From Lytechinus pictus (taxonomy: Eukaryota), in NCBI RefSeq assembly GCF_037042905.1, contig NC_087263.1, positions 14,818,001-14,882,000 of the forward strand: a stretch of DNA of 64,000 nucleotides, in the 5' to 3' direction. The position numbers and the translations under genes are program-made. Numbering within the stretch: position 1 is the first letter of the stretch; each line of letters opens with the position of its first letter. A model generated the notes under the pieces. That model was not told the DNA's origin, did not search any database, and saw only the letters and a list, made by a program, of their open reading frames with translations. Shown here one piece after another: positions 63,443-64,000 of this stretch.

Positions 63443-64000
63443 TATTAATATAAATTTAAATGCCTGGTGCACGTTAACACAAAGATTAGTGAGTGATCGT
63501 ACAATTGGTATGTATGCTTGATTGCACATATTGATCTACATGATCAAGCATTGAAACCAACCCTAAAGCGCAAAGCTCTTAACTCTGTGATATAGGGCTA
63601 ATATTAGTTTAAAACCAAACATCACTGTAAGGTGTTCCATAAATTGAATTTAAGGTCACAATATCATTTCTTTTTACCTTGAAATCATTCAAAAACCTTC
63701 AAGTGATTTTTGAAATTAATTTTAAGATTGATGACAAACATGGTACAAGATTGCCTTGGATTAGGGACAAAATATAATTGTATAGCATACATATTCTTGA
63801 AATATGTATAAAAAATATGTACAATAAGTGAAAAACGGATGAGTTAGTATTCAGTAAATCATACAACAATCAAAGTATGATAATATATCACGTTCAAAAC
63901 TGTCATATTTTCTTATAAAAAATGCAAAATATACATGACAAATTATTCCTATGCATATTTATTCATAATAGATATGATCAGAGAAATTCAGCTTCCCCAA

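Overview
AT-rich, repeat-dense metazoan genomic DNA with spliceosomal introns. The REJ gene and the SINE/MITE repertoire suggest an echinoderm, probably a sea urchin (inference). Three genes can be reconstructed by hand. (1) + strand, 217-27842: the 3' part of a REJ-domain / GAIN-GPS / single-transmembrane receptor gene of the suREJ/PKD1 family. It has 16 phase-consistent GT-AG exons (~895 aa visible) and its 5' end lies outside the window. (2) + strand, 47742-49750: a gene with two coding exons for a stand-alone P-loop sulfotransferase-like protein (BCAT-like N-terminal family). (3) - strand: the 3' end of a neuron navigator (NAV/unc-53) gene. It has two homologous C-terminal coding exons (62762-62836 and 60221-60343) and a probable ~4 kb 3'UTR. 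The rest is tandem arrays (52 bp and 104 bp), tRNA-derived SINEs, many MITEs, Helentron-like elements, a Penelope-like fragment with a hammerhead core, a decayed LINE and two N gaps. Most notable: the duplicated NAV C-terminal exon, a satellite built from an exon end plus its splice donor, and decayed exon copies beside live REJ exons. Nearly all short ORFs in the supplied track are spurious.
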